Of a stretch of 64,000 nucleotides of DNA, positions 20,601-31,088 are shown piece after piece. Position 1 is the first letter of the stretch. Every line of letters begins with the position of its first letter. A program made the translations under genes and the position numbers. Source of the stretch: Halorarum halobium (GTDB lineage Archaea > Halobacteriota > Halobacteria > Halobacteriales > Haloferacaceae). The stretch is from the NCBI RefSeq assembly GCF_032116555.1, contig NZ_CP134949.1:2852001-2916000 (forward strand), given 5' to 3'. The notes beneath the pieces are model-generated. The model was not told the origin of the DNA. It saw only the letters and a program-made list of their open reading frames with translations, and did no database searches.

Positions 20601-21403
20601 TTTCCGACGCGCAATTACGACGGCTGGCCAGAGAACTGGATGTTCGCCTCGGCTACGCGGAGAAGAACTACGTCAATTCGTGGATCCTCTGGGCGATCTA
20701 CACGAGTCCCTCCGGTGACAACCTGCTCTTCAAGGGTGGAACTGCGCTCAGCAAGTTGTACTTCCCGGAGACGTGGCGCTACTCGGAAGACCTTGATTTC
20801 GGTGTCGAGGGAGCGTACCACGGGAGCGAAGTGGAGTTGCAAAGCACATTGGAAGACGCGACGAGCGCATCCGGTATCGACTTCGAGGTGACCAAACACC
20901 GCGAACTGCAGAAAGAGGAGTATCCGACGCACTACGTCGATATCGATATCCAGTACACCGCCGTTCTCGGCCACAAGAACACGACGAGTCTTGACGTTAT
21001 GATCGATGAACACGTTGCGTTCGCTTCGGTAGACCATCGCCACAGCTACGAGGATGTCCCGGAATTCGAGGTGACCGCGTACAGCCGTGAGGAAATTTTC
21101 GCGGAGAAGTTGCGAGCGCTCTATCAACGGTCACAGGCTCGTGACTACTTCGACCTGTATCGGATGATTACCGAGGCCGACGTTGATGAGTCGGATGTAC
21201 TTCCGGCATTCACGCGGAAGTGTGAACACGACGGTCTTGACATCGACCTTCGGGACGGGCTTCCCGGAGAGAAACGGAATGAGATCCGTGACGGTTGGCA
21301 AAATACGCTCCCCGATTTGGTTGCAGACCTCCCCGAGTTCGGCCCCGTGTATGACACACTCGAAGACTACGTCCATTCGCTGGTCGACGAACAGCAACGC
21401 TAG
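20597..21403 (+). CDS. abiEii: Type IV TA toxin, AbiEii nucleotidyltransferase
   Basis: EKNY, FKGGTALSK, RYSEDLDF, AEKLRAL and RDYFDL motifs; ATGA overlap with the antitoxin. Confidence 0.93.
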   Translation: MISDAQLRRLARELDVRLGYAEKNYVNSWILWAIYTSPSGDNLLFKGGTALSKLYFPETWRYSEDLDFGVEGAYHGSEVELQSTLEDATSASGIDFEVTKHRELQKEEYPTHYVDIDIQYTAVLGHKNTTSLDVMIDEHVAFASVDHRHSYEDVPEFEVTAYSREEIFAEKLRALYQRSQARDYFDLYRMITEADVDESDVLPAFTRKCEHDGLDIDLRDGLPGEKRNEIRDGWQNTLPDLVADLPEFGPVYDTLEDYVHSLVDEQQR

Positions 21404-21541
21404 TCCTGGAGGTGGGCAACGGCACGACCCTGGAGTTCACGGGGCTTCCCGACCTGGTCGACCAGTTCCAAACCGAGGTGAACGAATTCCATGAGCGACG
21501 AACCAACTGACACCGAGCCCGCGCAGGACGAATCCATCCCC

Positions 21542-21700
21542 GAGCCCGACGATATCGATCTCGTCACCGCCGAACCACCACCGACCGACCGCCGAGTACG
21601 GGTCGAACTCACTCTGTCGAACCGCCTCCCACACCTCCTCAGTACAGACATCCGCGGACGTCGTCGCGACGTAATCGTAGCGAACCAATCGCGTAGTGGA
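21542..21700 (-). pseudogene. Fragment of an archaeal ATPase/DUF234 C-terminal domain
   Basis: ADVCTEEVWEAVR...VGRWWFGGDEIDIVGL matches the GRWW..EIDIV pattern; no start codon or remainder. Confidence 0.6.
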
Positions 21701-21701
21701 C

Positions 21702-22175
21702 CTATGGATTCGAACGGATGCTCTCGGGGAGATCCGGGGTACGGTCTCGAAGCTCACTGAGACAGGTTTCGAGGATTGCCATCGGATTCGAATCCGTGAA
21801 GGATGCGGATTCACGGTGCGGTGCTGCCCACGCGTCGTGATCAACCTGGAAGTGGCTCGGGCCCAAGTTCTCGTGCGTTCCGTCCTGATGCCAGCCGCAT
21901 GACCACGGTGTCCCCGGTTCGTTGTACTGGATACGGAACTCATCACGCTCGGAACGTGGACGCCACTCGAATTCAAGCGTCGCTTCGTCCGCGTCCAGAT
22001 CCAGATCAAACAGGATCGCGCGATCGAGTGTCGCCACGAGACGGGCTGGACGCATCGGACTTGGATCAGCGGTCACGGCCGTGACGCCAGCTTCTCGTCG
22101 AAGGCGCGTGGTGACACGTTTGTGGACCTCATAGCGGTGGAGATGCGTGTCTCCAGGAATCGGTGAGTTTTCCAT
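21702..22175 (-). CDS. Hypothetical protein, partner of the upstream HTH gene (candidate toxin)
   Basis: Acidic ORF 14 bp downstream of the HTH gene; EW..FRIQY..GWHQD..H..HFQ motif. Confidence 0.7.
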   Translation of the reverse strand: MENSPIPGDTHLHRYEVHKRVTTRLRREAGVTAVTADPSPMRPARLVATLDRAILFDLDLDADEATLEFEWRPRSERDEFRIQYNEPGTPWSCGWHQDGTHENLGPSHFQVDHDAWAAPHRESASFTDSNPMAILETCLSELRDRTPDLPESIRSNP

Positions 22176-22189
22176 TCGCTGTGATCGAG

Positions 22190-22708
22190 TCAGTTGGCGG
22201 ATGCGAGCCGAGTATCGCGAGTCGCCTCGATCGTGTCGTAGAGCTGAATTGCCTGCTTGATGAGCGTAGCCTGGTGCTCGTAGTACTCCCAATCCTCCGC
22301 GTCGTGCCGCCGCTGTCGGCGTTCGGCTGCCGGAATATCAGCACCGACGGTCGCCCGGAGCTCGTCAGCAGACGCCACAACGTATGCATCCTTCCACTCA
22401 TCGATATCGTCCCTGATGGCCGCCAATTCAGCCGTGAGTTCGTCCTTCTGGTGCTCAGTGATGAGGTCACGGATCTGATCGAAATACTGGGTGACTGGAT
22501 CTGGATAGTAGCAGGTCTCGCGGCCACGCTGGATCGTTTCGAGTGTATTCGCCTCGACGAGTTGGGTGAGGTACTTTTCGGCCGTGTTCCGGGCAACACC
22601 AGCAGCATCGGCTATCTCTCCCGCGTTTTTTGGGTCGCGAACCGTCATCGCGACCTCGCGAATCCGGGCGACCTTTGCCGTGTGGTCCATGGGCCCCGTG
22701 TCGTTCAT
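22190..22708 (-). CDS. ArsR-like wHTH + helical tail protein (DUF7342-like)
   Basis: AGEIADAAGVARNTAEKYLTQLVE HTH; tail ending QAIQLYD; paralog of 40316-40939. Confidence 0.82.
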   Translation of the reverse strand: MNDTGPMDHTAKVARIREVAMTVRDPKNAGEIADAAGVARNTAEKYLTQLVEANTLETIQRGRETCYYPDPVTQYFDQIRDLITEHQKDELTAELAAIRDDIDEWKDAYVVASADELRATVGADIPAAERRQRRHDAEDWEYYEHQATLIKQAIQLYDTIEATRDTRLASAN

Positions 22709-22971
22709 ACACCTGCTCGTCTCTCCAACAGTATTAGCGTTTTGAAACCTGATTCAACATATTGAATTAGAGCTGGGTTTCATCCGCAGACCGATGAACG
22801 GGTCTCGTGCCGGCGCAGCCGTGGTCCATCGAACGATCTCACGATGTCGACCTGTCGGTCGAAGATCCCGCATGCTCGATAGGCCGCCCCATCGATCCGA
22901 GCCGCGGGCCGAGTACTCACCCCCGAGTAAGACGGAGACTTTAACCCGAACCGTCTCCGGTGACGTAGGTA

Positions 22972-24396
22972 ATGAACGGCGGTTGGCGGTACCGACTGCT
23001 GGGCGTCCTCGGCGTCGCGGTGCTCTCGGCAGTCGCCGTCTCGCTCGTCAACAACGCCAGCGTCCAGCTGCTCGTGGGCGGGCTGCCGGTCCTCTCGCGG
23101 CTCCCGACCGACCCGCCCGGGACCGCGGAGCTCGGGTACGAGGTGCTGACGACGGTGGTGGTGTGTCTCGCGGCGTTCCTCCCGCTGTACAAGCCGCGCC
23201 CGCGGCGGATCCTCGACGTGGTGGCGCTGGCCCAAAAGCGCGTGCTGGTGGCGCTGTTCGCGCTGGCGGCGATCGGCTACTTCGATTACACCTACCGGCT
23301 GCCGCGCCAGACGGTGCTGCTCCTGGCGCCGCTGCTGCTGGTGCTGCTGCCGGCGTGGTTCGCGTGGATCCGCCGCCGTCCCGCCGCCGGCCAGGAGCGG
23401 GCGATCGTCGTCGGCGACGACCCCGAGTTGATTCAGGAGGTCGCACGCGAGGTGGAGATTCCCCTGCTGGGGTATCTATGTCCGACGAGTTCGTTCGTCG
23501 AGGTCGGCGACGGCGGGCGGGTGCCGACGATGGCCGACGGCGGCGAGCGGTTCGTCGGGCTGGATCGACTGGGTGGGCTCTCCAGGATCGAGGACGTGCT
23601 CGTGGAGTACGACGTGAATACGGTGGTGCTGGCGTTCGAACACGCGGACCGGGCGGAGTTCTTCGGGGCGCTGGACGCGTGTTACGAGCACGGCGTCGCC
23701 GCGAAGGTGCATCGGGATCACGCGGATTCGGTGTTGACCTCGGAGGATGTTGGTGTCGGGCAGTTAGTGGACGTGGAGGTCGAGCCCTGGGACGTCCAGG
23801 ACTACATCGTGAAGCGTGGGTTCGACGTCGTGTTTTCCGTCGTGGGGTTGGTGGTGCTGGCTCCCGTTGTTGTGGGAATCGCGTTGGCAATCAAACTGGA
23901 CGACGGTGGATCCGTGCTGTATCGGCAGGAACGGACCGCCGTGTTCGGTGAGACGTTCGACGTGTACAAGTTCCGGTCGATGGTGGAGGATGCCGAGTCT
24001 GAGACCGGGGCAACGATCAGCGAGGAGGATGACGGAGGTGTGGATCCACGCGTAACTGACGTGGGGCGGGTGTTACGGCAGACGCATCTGGACGAGATCC
24101 CACAACTATGGTCGGTATTGAAAGGTGATATGAGTGTGGTTGGACCTCGGCCGGAGCGGCCCGAGCTGGATTCGGATATTCAAGTGGGGACCGTGGACTG
24201 GCAGAAGCGGTGGTTCGTGAAGCCTGGGTTGACTGGACCGGCTCAGGTGAGCGGGGTGACCGGGACCGAGCCGGAGGAAAAAATTCGGTACGACCTGGAA
24301 TACGTTCGTGACCAGTCGTTCGGGCTTGACCTGAAGTTAGTTACACGGCAGGTATGGCGTGTGGCCATCGACGCAGTTGGAATAGATCGAGGATGA
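22972..24396 (+). CDS. Polyprenyl-phosphate sugar phosphotransferase (WcaJ/WbaP-like priming transferase)
   Basis: N-terminal TMs, then KRGFD, YKFRSM, DPRVT, LDEIPQL, GDMSVVGPRPERP, KPGLTG and DLEY. Confidence 0.95.
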   Translation: MNGGWRYRLLGVLGVAVLSAVAVSLVNNASVQLLVGGLPVLSRLPTDPPGTAELGYEVLTTVVVCLAAFLPLYKPRPRRILDVVALAQKRVLVALFALAAIGYFDYTYRLPRQTVLLLAPLLLVLLPAWFAWIRRRPAAGQERAIVVGDDPELIQEVAREVEIPLLGYLCPTSSFVEVGDGGRVPTMADGGERFVGLDRLGGLSRIEDVLVEYDVNTVVLAFEHADRAEFFGALDACYEHGVAAKVHRDHADSVLTSEDVGVGQLVDVEVEPWDVQDYIVKRGFDVVFSVVGLVVLAPVVVGIALAIKLDDGGSVLYRQERTAVFGETFDVYKFRSMVEDAESETGATISEEDDGGVDPRVTDVGRVLRQTHLDEIPQLWSVLKGDMSVVGPRPERPELDSDIQVGTVDWQKRWFVKPGLTGPAQVSGVTGTEPEEKIRYDLEYVRDQSFGLDLKLVTRQVWRVAIDAVGIDRG

Positions 24397-24540
24397 GAAG
24401 CATATTTACGATCAAATAGGATACTGTATTGCCTTACACTGCATATTATTACAGAAACTTCAAAATAGACCCCGTCATGGTAAATTTGGTTCCCATAGAA
24501 AACCTCAGACACTAAATGGTGGCTTGTTAACGGAGACAGT

Positions 24541-25521
24541 ATGTCGAACTCGCCTGGTGTTGTCACGGTTTCACTGGACACCGAACTCGCGTGGGGGTGT
24601 TTCGATACCGTCGGCGTTGCAGCACACGAATTGGCCTACGCTGAAACAAGATCAGTAATTGAACGTCTTTGTCAGTTATTTACGGACTACGATGTGTCGG
24701 CAACGTGGGCACTCGTGGCACATCTCATAGATGACTGTAGTTTGAGATCAAACAGGCATAATGAGATGATTGATCCAGGTTTCGAGTGGATTGACAATTG
24801 GGCAGACTCCCTACCCTGTCAAAGTGGCGTCGACGAGGCTCTCTGGTACGCACCGGAGATTCTGGAGACTATTCAGGACTGTCCCACCAACCAGGAGATT
24901 GGACTACATGGCTACTCGCATATGATACTCGATGAGAAGAGCTGTCAGCCAGATGCTGCAAGACAGGAGTTAAACAGTGCCGTCTCGGTCGCCGAGGAAG
25001 TCGGTATTGTCCCCGAAAGCTTTGTCTATCCCCGCAACCGGATTGGATTTCGTTCGATCTTAGCAGATCGCGGCTTTGGAGTCTATCGAAGCCCGGACGC
25101 AAACTGGTACGAGCAAATGGAGCTTCCGGAACCCGTCAAGAAGGGACTTCGGTTCGCCACGGAATGCCTTATGACCACCCCACCGCCCGTGACGCCTACT
25201 ACGGTCGACGACCTGATTGCAGTTCCCGGTTCTCAGGTGTTTCGACCGTCCCACAGCGGGTGGCAGTACACGCCAAGCAACTCACAAAGAGTCAGGGCAA
25301 AAAAGGGGATTGAACGGGCCGCCAAAACTGGGGAGATATTCCACCTCTGGTTTCACCCGTTCAATCTCGCACGAGAACCCGACAAGTTGCTATCAGCGCT
25401 CGAAGATGTGCTCCAGCACGTGGCAAACCAGCGTGCTGCTGGGCGAATTGAGGTGCTGAGCATGGCCGAGATCGCGCAGCAATTCCGGGATGGTCGCTGG
25501 CAAGAAGAGGAAATGCAATGA
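24541..25521 (+). CDS. Polysaccharide deacetylase family protein
   Basis: SLDTELAWG, EIGLHGYSH, SFVYPRN, HLWFHPFN. Confidence 0.88.
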   Translation: MSNSPGVVTVSLDTELAWGCFDTVGVAAHELAYAETRSVIERLCQLFTDYDVSATWALVAHLIDDCSLRSNRHNEMIDPGFEWIDNWADSLPCQSGVDEALWYAPEILETIQDCPTNQEIGLHGYSHMILDEKSCQPDAARQELNSAVSVAEEVGIVPESFVYPRNRIGFRSILADRGFGVYRSPDANWYEQMELPEPVKKGLRFATECLMTTPPPVTPTTVDDLIAVPGSQVFRPSHSGWQYTPSNSQRVRAKKGIERAAKTGEIFHLWFHPFNLAREPDKLLSALEDVLQHVANQRAAGRIEVLSMAEIAQQFRDGRWQEEEMQ

Positions 25522-26645
25522 CCGAACCCCACGTTTTACATCTAATCACCAGATTTCACCACGGCGGGGCCGAGGAGACAACAATCAATACACTCGAAGC
25601 ACTTGCGACCGATTCACGGGCGTATAACCTCCAACTTGGCGTTGGTGCGAGTTACGATTCCGACCGACTCGCGTCAATCGAGGAATGGGGGATCAATACT
25701 GTCGTATTCGACTCAATTCGCCACTATAACCCAGTAGCGGCCGTCATTGCGGTGGTAGCCGTCGCCCGGTACCTCAGGCGTGAGGAAATAAGAATTGTCC
25801 ACACCCACAGTACAGAAGCGGGAATCATTGGACGGTTCGCCGCGCGACTGGCAGACGTTCCGATTGTGATACACGAGATTCACGGTGATCCGGTCACTTC
25901 GGATCGGAACCAGTTACTCAATGCTACTATCTGCCGTCTAGAACGACTCGCGACCAACTCTGAGACAATTCTTCTCGTGAAATCAGAACATATCAAACAG
26001 GCATATCTGGACCGGGGAATCGGCACATCGTCTCAGTATCGGACCATCTATCACGGCGTTGACTTGGAGCTGTTCCAGACAGCGACACCAGTCCGCGACG
26101 ACGGTGTCCCGATAGTCTTGTTCATAGGCCGGCTCGCGGACGGCAAAGGCTTATACGACCTTCTCAATGCCGTTCAGCGTCTTCAAGGAAAGGTTTCGTT
26201 CAAATTACTTGTCGCCGGTGACGGTCCTTTAGCGAAGGATTTAACGAATCAAGTAGAAACTAGAGGGCTCTCAGGGGTCGTCGAACTCTTGGGATACCGG
26301 GATGATGTACCTGGATTGATGGCTAGTGCGGACGTACTGGTCCTCCCATCGTATCGCGAGGGAACGCCAAGAGTGATCACCGAAGCACTCGCAGCCGGGA
26401 CTCCCGTCGTGTCCACGCAGATCGCCGGTATCCCAGAACAGGTTGAGGAGGGTGTGACTGGTTTTCTGGTCGAACCAGGAGATGTCAATAATCTAATTAA
26501 TCGTCTGCATCGACTGTTGGCTGACAGAGAGATGCGGATCACAATGGGTGAGCGTGCAATGGAGTCCGTGACGAAATTCGACGTAGCAGAAGCCAAGGAA
26601 GCCTACCGAAAGCTATATGCCGAACTCCTGACTGTCAATTCGTGA
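25518..26645 (+). CDS. Glycosyltransferase family 4
   Basis: GGAE, HTHS, IGRL..KG, EGTPRVITEA, GIPEQV. Confidence 0.93.
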   Translation: MTEPHVLHLITRFHHGGAEETTINTLEALATDSRAYNLQLGVGASYDSDRLASIEEWGINTVVFDSIRHYNPVAAVIAVVAVARYLRREEIRIVHTHSTEAGIIGRFAARLADVPIVIHEIHGDPVTSDRNQLLNATICRLERLATNSETILLVKSEHIKQAYLDRGIGTSSQYRTIYHGVDLELFQTATPVRDDGVPIVLFIGRLADGKGLYDLLNAVQRLQGKVSFKLLVAGDGPLAKDLTNQVETRGLSGVVELLGYRDDVPGLMASADVLVLPSYREGTPRVITEALAAGTPVVSTQIAGIPEQVEEGVTGFLVEPGDVNNLINRLHRLLADREMRITMGERAMESVTKFDVAEAKEAYRKLYAELLTVNS

Positions 26646-26709
26646 TTTAGTGAGGGGAAACCAACAATCTTGACCCCTCTCACCAAATAGAAGAAATACT
26701 ACGAATACG

Positions 26710-27780
26710 ATGCCAGGGTTGTCAGCCACCGTTTACGAATCTATTGATGCAGTCGCGGCCAACCAGTGGAACCACATAGTCGAACAGTCTGACCGTGGTA
26801 GTATCTATCAGCGTACGGAGTGGCTAGCTGCACTCGAACAAGGGTTAGACCTCAACGGGAAACACGTCGTCATCGAAAAAAACGCCGAACCGGTAGGTGT
26901 GTTCCCGAATCTCGTTGTACCGCTCCGGCTCCCAGACACAGTACGTGAGCAGGTTCCCGATTTGATTATAGAGCGAGCCAAAGAACTTGCTTCAACGCGT
27001 CCTGGATTTGGCGGACCAGTCCTCGCTAGCAATGAGAGAAAAGCGCTTGAACTGGCACTTAGCCGGCTTGATGCGGCCTGTGGACCCAAGATCCTCTCTC
27101 ACTACGTTCGTTCACCAGACGTTGACTATATCCGTTATGCAGAACAGTTCGAGGCACAAGGGTACACTCCAAACGTCTCACGTTGTCGTCCCGTTATTGA
27201 TCTAAATCGAGAGTATGACGATATTCTCGCAAATATGCACAAGGATCGGCGATATAACATCCGAAAAGCTAGGGAGAACAACGCTGAAATCGTCATCCAA
27301 CCGCCGACGATCGATGTTCTTCGAAGGTTCCACGCCATCTATAAGGAAACTCTGGATCGTGTAGGGGCGGAACCACAGCCCTTCGCCGTGTTCCGCGAGA
27401 TCGCAGAACAGTTGGACACAGCAGTTCAGATCGTAACCGCCAAACTTGACGGTAAGCCCGTCGGCCAGCACTTCTATCTCTTGGATGAAATTCAGTCAGC
27501 TATACGACACGAATTCTCCGCCGTCACTGCCGACAACTTTCAGTATTACCCTTCAGAACTCATCCACGAGCATATGATGCAATGGGGACAGGTGGAAGGA
27601 TATCGAACCTACGACTTCGGCCCGACTCCTTCAAATCACGAAGATGGGCTGTTCTCGTACAAAAATCAGTACGGTGGAACAATGCTGCCGATTCTGACTT
27701 GGGAACAGAAACAGTCACCGCTCTGGGGACTCTACGCAAAAACTCGAACGCTCTACAAACGGTATAGTCAGGAGCAATGA
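26710..27780 (+). CDS. FemAB/FemX-like GNAT acyl- or aminoacyl-transferase
   Basis: MHKDRRYNIRKA, YDFG...GLFSYKNQYGG. Confidence 0.85.
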   Translation: MPGLSATVYESIDAVAANQWNHIVEQSDRGSIYQRTEWLAALEQGLDLNGKHVVIEKNAEPVGVFPNLVVPLRLPDTVREQVPDLIIERAKELASTRPGFGGPVLASNERKALELALSRLDAACGPKILSHYVRSPDVDYIRYAEQFEAQGYTPNVSRCRPVIDLNREYDDILANMHKDRRYNIRKARENNAEIVIQPPTIDVLRRFHAIYKETLDRVGAEPQPFAVFREIAEQLDTAVQIVTAKLDGKPVGQHFYLLDEIQSAIRHEFSAVTADNFQYYPSELIHEHMMQWGQVEGYRTYDFGPTPSNHEDGLFSYKNQYGGTMLPILTWEQKQSPLWGLYAKTRTLYKRYSQEQ

Positions 27781-27820
27781 TTGCAGGAGATTATAAACGC
27801 GTGGTTCGAAAGGCTCTGAT

Positions 27821-29269
27821 ATGACTGACGGTGATGTCCTAGCGATTGCGATCGATGGAGCTTGCTGGCCACTGGTTAATCAGTGGATTGACGACGGCGA
27901 GTTGCCGAACATCGCCCGTCTTCGGGAGGAGGGAACCTGGGGTAATCTCGAATCTTGCGTCCCGCCGGTTACCTGTCCTGCATGGAAGTGTTACTCTACA
28001 GGCAAAAATCCAGGTAAACTTGGTGTTTTCTGGTGGGAGAACCTTGACCTACACGAACAGACGTCGACGATTCCAACTGCCAACGACTTCACCGAACCTG
28101 AACTGTGGGATCTGTTGAACGAAAATGGCATCTCGACCGGTGTCGTCGGGATGCCGCTGACCTATCCCCCAAAATCCTTAGACGGGTTCATGGTCGCAGG
28201 AGGCCCTGGTGTTCCCGACACAGGTTTCGCACAACCCCGTTCAGTCGAGGACGAACTGAGAGAGAAATTCGATTATACGCCACGCCCTACCTACCCCAGT
28301 AGTGTTGAAGAGGGATCTACAGAGGTGTTCGTTGAAGAGAGCATCGAACAGATTGATCAAGATTTCACAATCGCTGAATATCTTTTCGATGCGTATGAGG
28401 TCGACTTTCTCCAAATTTGTTCGTTCGAGATCAACGGCCCACTTCAACATCTCTTTTACGATGGTGAACCGACTAGGCGAGCTTGGCAGGTCATCGACAA
28501 ACATGTGGGGAGCCTCGCCGATAGGTTCGAGACCGTAGTAATTCACTCTGATCACGGGACAAGCGAGATGGACAAACAGTTCTACATAAACAGTTGGTTG
28601 GACCAAGAGGGCTTTCTCACCCGCAAGCAGTCTCATTTCGAGCGGCTAGCATCATACGGACTCACTCGTGACAATATCCGCGGTGCTCTCGAACGTGTGG
28701 GGCTCCGCAGGCCACTAAGTAACATCCAGTTCCTGCGGTCACTGGCCCAACACATACCCGACTCAACGGGACAGTTCGGCGAAACAGAGGGGAAAGCGAT
28801 TTTCGATAAGATCGAATGGGACTCGACCAAGGTCGTCGGGCTTGCACAGGGACCGATCTACATCCATGACACAGAAATGGATGCCGGCACTTACGAAGAA
28901 CTCCGAGCGGAATTGATCCGAGAACTAGAAACACTCGAAGACGACGAGACCGGCCAGCATCCGATCCAATCAGTATTCAGCCGCGAAGAGATTTATTCTG
29001 GACCGTATCTTGAGGATGCACCCGATCTCGTTGCGCTAGATACACCTCGATATCACAACAAGGGTGGCATCGGAAAACAGACGCTTTTCGGAGAGTCTGA
29101 GTGGCGCGGAAATAATGCCCGACAAGGACTGTACATCCTCAACGATGGGGCTGAATGCGGAACACGAATCGACGCAGAGATCTACGACCTTGCCCCGACG
29201 ATTCTCGAACTCTTCGATGTCTCGATACCGGAAGAAATGGACGGGGAGGTGCTTGACGTCGTCGATTAA
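27821..29269 (+). CDS. Alkaline phosphatase superfamily (type I phosphodiesterase/NPP-like) protein
   Basis: IDGA, PPVTCPAW, TGKNPG, SDHG, DLAPTIL. Confidence 0.9.
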   Translation: MTDGDVLAIAIDGACWPLVNQWIDDGELPNIARLREEGTWGNLESCVPPVTCPAWKCYSTGKNPGKLGVFWWENLDLHEQTSTIPTANDFTEPELWDLLNENGISTGVVGMPLTYPPKSLDGFMVAGGPGVPDTGFAQPRSVEDELREKFDYTPRPTYPSSVEEGSTEVFVEESIEQIDQDFTIAEYLFDAYEVDFLQICSFEINGPLQHLFYDGEPTRRAWQVIDKHVGSLADRFETVVIHSDHGTSEMDKQFYINSWLDQEGFLTRKQSHFERLASYGLTRDNIRGALERVGLRRPLSNIQFLRSLAQHIPDSTGQFGETEGKAIFDKIEWDSTKVVGLAQGPIYIHDTEMDAGTYEELRAELIRELETLEDDETGQHPIQSVFSREEIYSGPYLEDAPDLVALDTPRYHNKGGIGKQTLFGESEWRGNNARQGLYILNDGAECGTRIDAEIYDLAPTILELFDVSIPEEMDGEVLDVVD

Positions 29270-30849
29270 ACGTAACCGAGGTCCTCTAGATGTTCCCGCA
29301 CCGCATTAGCATTTCCACCGCGGCTTTCCACTGATTCGACGATTTCGTAGTCGCGAAACTCTATCTCTCGATTTTCCTTGTGCGCGGGCGTGAACGCATC
29401 CTCGATGACAGATCCATCCATGTCTGAAGATATTGGAACCCCCTGATTGTACAGTATCGTCGGGGCAATATCCAGCAACGACGCGTTGGCACCGGTTCCC
29501 GTTGCTGCCCCTTCGCCACTGACGATAAATATTCCATTCCGCTTGTGACCTCCGCTCCGCGATGGTGATGGCGGACGCTCTACTAAGACTTCCGAACCAG
29601 GTGACCGACCGGCTTCGAGGGCGTATTCGAAATCCTCGATGGTATAGAGAATATCCGGAGCACGGTCTATCGCTGGTCCTGCATAGAGGTCATCGGGCGA
29701 GTAAATTTCGTATGCTAAGCCGTTTTGCTCGAATAGATTAGTTAACTTTTCAACAACTCGCCCCCGGTCTGTTGGATTATCTGAGAGCATATGGATAAAT
29801 CCCTTGTCACTTGCACAGGCGATGCTACGTTCCGTATCGACAGTTTCTACCGGCGACGGTTTGATCGATCTACCAATGGATTTCGCAAAGTCGTTGAGTA
29901 TTGGTACGTTACTGACAAGTGGCTCTGCAATCCGACGTAAGTGGGGGAAAAACGTATCTCGGGCACGCTGAAGTGATGATTGGTCGGCTGGGATACGGAG
30001 TCCCTCTGATTCAAGCCAATCATTCACATAGAAAGTCCCATTGAATGGTCCAAAGCCGTGGTCGGAAATGAGAATTAGAGTTGCGTCGCGTTTCTGGGCA
30101 ATCCTGTGGACGGCACCGACAGTCTCGTCAACTTTCTTCCATATATCCTGATAACACAATACACCATCTGTAGCAGTTGAATCGTACAAAACATGTTGCT
30201 CATCAATATACTTCCAGTAATAGTGTTGCATCCAGTCAGTAACACTAATGACACCACAAAATACATCAGTGGATCGTTTAGTCAATAGATGTTTAATCAT
30301 CTCCTTGCGGTTATCGAGATGGTCAAGGAGCGCCATCGAAAGTTCTCCAGGACGTCCAATGTACTTGGGATCAGAAAATGGAACCGTAATCTCGAACTCT
30401 CCAGCAACGTCTTCAAGTTCCGATTGGAGTTCCGACGGGTAAGCAAACTTGTCGTCCTCAGGGGCACCAAAGCCACTCACCATGTACCCGTCCACTTCGT
30501 AAGGCGGGTGAAGCATAGGGAAGTTGAACACCCCAGTTGATTGTCCTTCCTGGGAAAGTAGATCCCAGAAGCTTCGCCCCTTGAAGTCACGGCTACTCAT
30601 CGGTTCGAATTCGAATGTGTCAGAGTTTACACGGTTGAGAAAATAGTAGATGCCAGTCTTGCCAGGGTTCTTCCCAGTGGCCATCGATGCCCAGGCAGGG
30701 CCACTAGTGGGCGGATACACGCTCTCTAATGAGCCAGAATAGCCGTTATCCTTGAGAGCCGCCAGATTAGGGAGGAGATCTTCCTGAATGAGCTGATCTA
30801 GTACACTCCAAGTAGCTCCATCCAATCCCAAGACGATTGTGTCTGTCAC
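29266..30849 (-). CDS. Alkaline phosphatase superfamily (type I phosphodiesterase/NPP-like) protein
   Basis: GLDGA, PPTSGPAW, TGKNPG, SDHGF, DIAPTIL, LEDLGY. Confidence 0.9.
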   Translation of the reverse strand: MTDTIVLGLDGATWSVLDQLIQEDLLPNLAALKDNGYSGSLESVYPPTSGPAWASMATGKNPGKTGIYYFLNRVNSDTFEFEPMSSRDFKGRSFWDLLSQEGQSTGVFNFPMLHPPYEVDGYMVSGFGAPEDDKFAYPSELQSELEDVAGEFEITVPFSDPKYIGRPGELSMALLDHLDNRKEMIKHLLTKRSTDVFCGVISVTDWMQHYYWKYIDEQHVLYDSTATDGVLCYQDIWKKVDETVGAVHRIAQKRDATLILISDHGFGPFNGTFYVNDWLESEGLRIPADQSSLQRARDTFFPHLRRIAEPLVSNVPILNDFAKSIGRSIKPSPVETVDTERSIACASDKGFIHMLSDNPTDRGRVVEKLTNLFEQNGLAYEIYSPDDLYAGPAIDRAPDILYTIEDFEYALEAGRSPGSEVLVERPPSPSRSGGHKRNGIFIVSGEGAATGTGANASLLDIAPTILYNQGVPISSDMDGSVIEDAFTPAHKENREIEFRDYEIVESVESRGGNANAVREHLEDLGYV

Positions 30850-31088
30850 TCAATTACTACAGTGGATTTTGTCCGTATATCGTTATTGGTTTTGTGCTAC
30901 TGAGAAGTGTCAGTCTGCCACATAGTGGATAAGACTAAATCTGATTTCGACAGGGTCAGTCATGATATAGAGCCGACTACATCACAGTTTACTAAATTCA
31001 GGACAGACAGGGCATGAGAATACGATCTAAAGACTGAATCGCTCATCAATAGAAAAGTTGATTTGGTCTGTAGAGAGCACTAATTTAC

